DNA of 63,553 nucleotides, counting the filler, from Thelocarpon superellum (lineage: Eukaryota): assembly GCA_026025795.1 (NCBI GenBank). It is 2 parts of 2 records of this genome, joined end to end, with 100 filler letters (N's around TTAATTAATTAA, not from the genome) between each part and the next. Parts side by side here need not be neighbours in the genome. Positions count along the whole stretch, not along the records: positions 31,853 to 63,553 come from JAPEUG010000190.1; 1 more part is not named here. One strand, written 5' to 3'. A program made the translations under genes and the position numbers. This document shows positions 60,933 to 63,553 of the stretch, one piece after another. Position 1 is the first letter of the stretch. Each line of letters opens with the position of its first letter. The notes below the pieces were generated by a model. That model saw nothing but the letters and a program-made list of their open reading frames with translations, did not search any database and was not told the origin of the DNA.

Positions 60933-61212
60933 CACGAGAGGCGCTCAATCCTCAGAGCAAAGCAAGCGATACCCGCAAAGAGATTAATCTCCTTCGCACT
61001 GGACAGCAACGGATCTGGATGGGTGCTCCAAGATCGGTGCTATCGTAAGAGATTCAACCCAGATTCGAATGATGTGCGAATGGGATTCGAGGGATAAACC
61101 TTCACATTCGCCACCCTTTAGACGAGCCACGGCGGGAGCAGTCACGCACGTCGCGCTAGATGTGGTGAAGATTGCTTCTCGTGCTTGAACCTCCCATGGC
61201 GGATCGAGATAT

Positions 61213-62729
61213 ATGGCTCCTGAAGATGCTCACAACTACTCGTCCTCGTCCCGTACGTCCACTTGCGAACATTCCCGATCCAACCCATTGACCAACCGCC
61301 AGATCGCTTGCCCACAGTTTCGGCATCGCAGGTCCTTGAGGAGCTCGATACGGGCCCCAGTGGACAAAGTATACCTACTGGTTTGACTTCTTTAGATGCC
61401 ACTCTCGATGGCAGGCATCCGGATGGACCGGGCCAAGCCAAGGGAGGAGGTGGCTTTGCTCGACGTCAGATATCGGAGGTCTATGGCCCGCCAGGAGCCG
61501 GGAAGACGACTCTGGCGTATGTTACATGCTCCCTCGTCAACTCGCCCCGATGTCGCTCTTGCCGTAGGGCTTTGACTGACACTTTTGGGCCCTCAAGGAT
61601 GCAGCTGACTGCTCATGCCCTGAGCGCACAGGATCATGTCGTCTGGGTAGGTTCGTGGGTTCACTTTTGAAGGCACAAGCTGCACGATATCCGTAAAGTC
61701 GTGCCCAAGCTCCCTACATCCGCACAGACACCGTTATGGTACTAATTTGCATGTACAGATTGCGGATTTCCCTTGGTGGGACCACGTCTCAAACAGATCA
61801 TGGACGGTGTCATGAATTCTCGAGACGAGCATCTGCCATCCACATCCCCAGACCAGGCCACGAGCGATAACACACTGAAACGATTGCATCATTTCCATAC
61901 TCCAACGTTACCCCATCTCCTCACGCTCCTTCATCACTCTCTCCAGCCATTTCCTCCTCCAGGAACGAGCCTCATTGTCATCGACTCTGTCTCGATACTG
62001 TTCAGCATTGCATTTCCACGCACGGTCGATGAACCTGCGACGCCGATCCGCGAGGGACGGCCGTCGCTATATAAAACCGATGCCCGGCAATGGGCTGCGA
62101 ATCGACGGTGGGCCGTCATGGGCGACTTCATCTCGAACCTCGGAAAGCTTGCCGCTGTGCGCAACTTGGCCGTACTCCTCATCAGCCAGACTTCGACGCG
62201 AGTCAAGTCGGACTCTGGAGCGATTCTGGTTCCCGCCCTATCGTCAACCTCGTGGGACGGAGGCATTTCCAGCCGGGTGGTCCTTTACCGCGACTGGCCA
62301 TCAGTTTCCACCTCCGCAGAAACCTCTGAAGTACAGGTCCGGTTTGCGGGAGTAATCAAAGCGCGGGGCGTGAAGTACAATGCAAGCAGCGTGGGGCAGA
62401 TAGTCGCGTTCACCATTGACGATGTGAGCACCCGTATGCCATTCCAGACAGATTCGGGAGGATAACACGAACAGGATGGACTTCACGAGCATGATGTACC
62501 CCCGCTTCGGGTAGAAATTGCAGCAGCCTCGGAGATGAGCCTGCCCGAAGCGAAGAAACGCAAACGAAAACAGGTTGCAGACAGCCAATCTGACGACGAC
62601 GACGACGACGACAATGTTGAAGAAAGCGACGATGAAGACTACGGCTGGGTGGAGGATGTTATGAATGACGAGCCAACAGGAGGTGACAAGGGTTCAGGGG
62701 GGCTAGAGCAAGCGGGATCCGAAGGATGA
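61213..62729 (+). CDS. RAD55-like Rad51 paralogue (RecA fold)
   Basis: HRLPTVSASQ, IPTGLTSLD, Walker A GPPGAGKTT, Walker B LIVIDS, LGKLAAVRNLAVLLISQ, and a KRKRK plus acidic tail. Four introns; first is 61253-61302. Confidence 0.82.
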
Positions 62730-63553
62730 GCTTGATCGCACCAAAACTACGTTCCAATCAGATGAACTATCAAGTCACCTCCCGGCTCGTCTGGTTGTGA
62801 TGTGGACGTATCCATGGACGACGAATGCATTGGCCGCATCCAGCACCCCTAGGGCTCATTCAACCATGGCATATGATCTACCAGCGCACCTGGGGAAGCT
62901 CAGGGCAGGTTCGATAGGAAAGCAGATTGCACAACAAAGGACTAGGTGCCTGATGGCGTGTAGAAGTTGAGACCACGCGGCAATCGGCGGCCGAGGAGAT
63001 ATGGAGTAGCTTCGTATACGAAGATACGTACGGATGCATAGGTATATTCCAGCTACGTGCAGGTAACTCACACCCCCCACAAGTAAAGCTTCCCTCATTA
63101 TTGTGCTCATCTATGAACGCACGATTGGGAATAAACCCCCACGTTGCCCCATGCGCGGGATATTCAAGTACAGTAAGGCTCGTTGAGAAGGTGAGAAGGC
63201 GGTGAGCGGGGGGGCGGATCCTAGCCGGCGGCGAGGATGAGGGGTGGAATCCGTCTGTGCGTCTTGCTTTCTTGCCTTACGCGTAGTTCCACTTATACCT
63301 TTTTCCCTCTGATAACGTCTGTGCTTGTGCTCCGGCTCCAATTTTTCTTGGCCGATGCAAGGCGATGCAATGCGCCGTCACTCGGTGCGCCACACTCAAC
63401 GGGCACGCACCCATAGCGGGGGGGAGGGGCGGATGCTGACTGCGTGTATGATGAGAATGTGTGCCTGCTGCTTGTGTCTCCCTTTGCATGCTGAAGGACT
63501 TTCCACTCCAATAGCCGAATAGACCGGTCCCTTGTAACATCTCGTCCCTTCCA

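Overview
GC- and CpG-rich genomic DNA of a filamentous ascomycete (Pezizomycotina-type proteins, short GT-AG introns with CTRAY branch sites). It consists of two contigs joined by an artificial N44-TTAATTAATTAA-N44 linker at 31753-31852. Left contig: Rua1_C/DUF4451 regulator, three uncharacterised genes, (6-4) photolyase/cryptochrome, GH3 beta-glucosidase, ERG24, MRL1, and a dead ~2.0 kb Fot1/pogo transposon with intact TIRs that is almost stripped of CpG. Right contig: SAP30, MDJ1, a GMC-oxidoreductase pseudogene fragment, BRO1, PIM1/Lon, an atypical fungal kinase, MOB3/phocein, CobW/ZNG1, OLE1, a MOSC protein and a RAD55-like gene. I found no CRISPR, tRNA or rRNA, and no clear new multi-gene system. 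The strongest unusual signal is CpG-targeted (not CpA-type) repeat hypermutation. Gene identities rest on motif recognition, not database searches.
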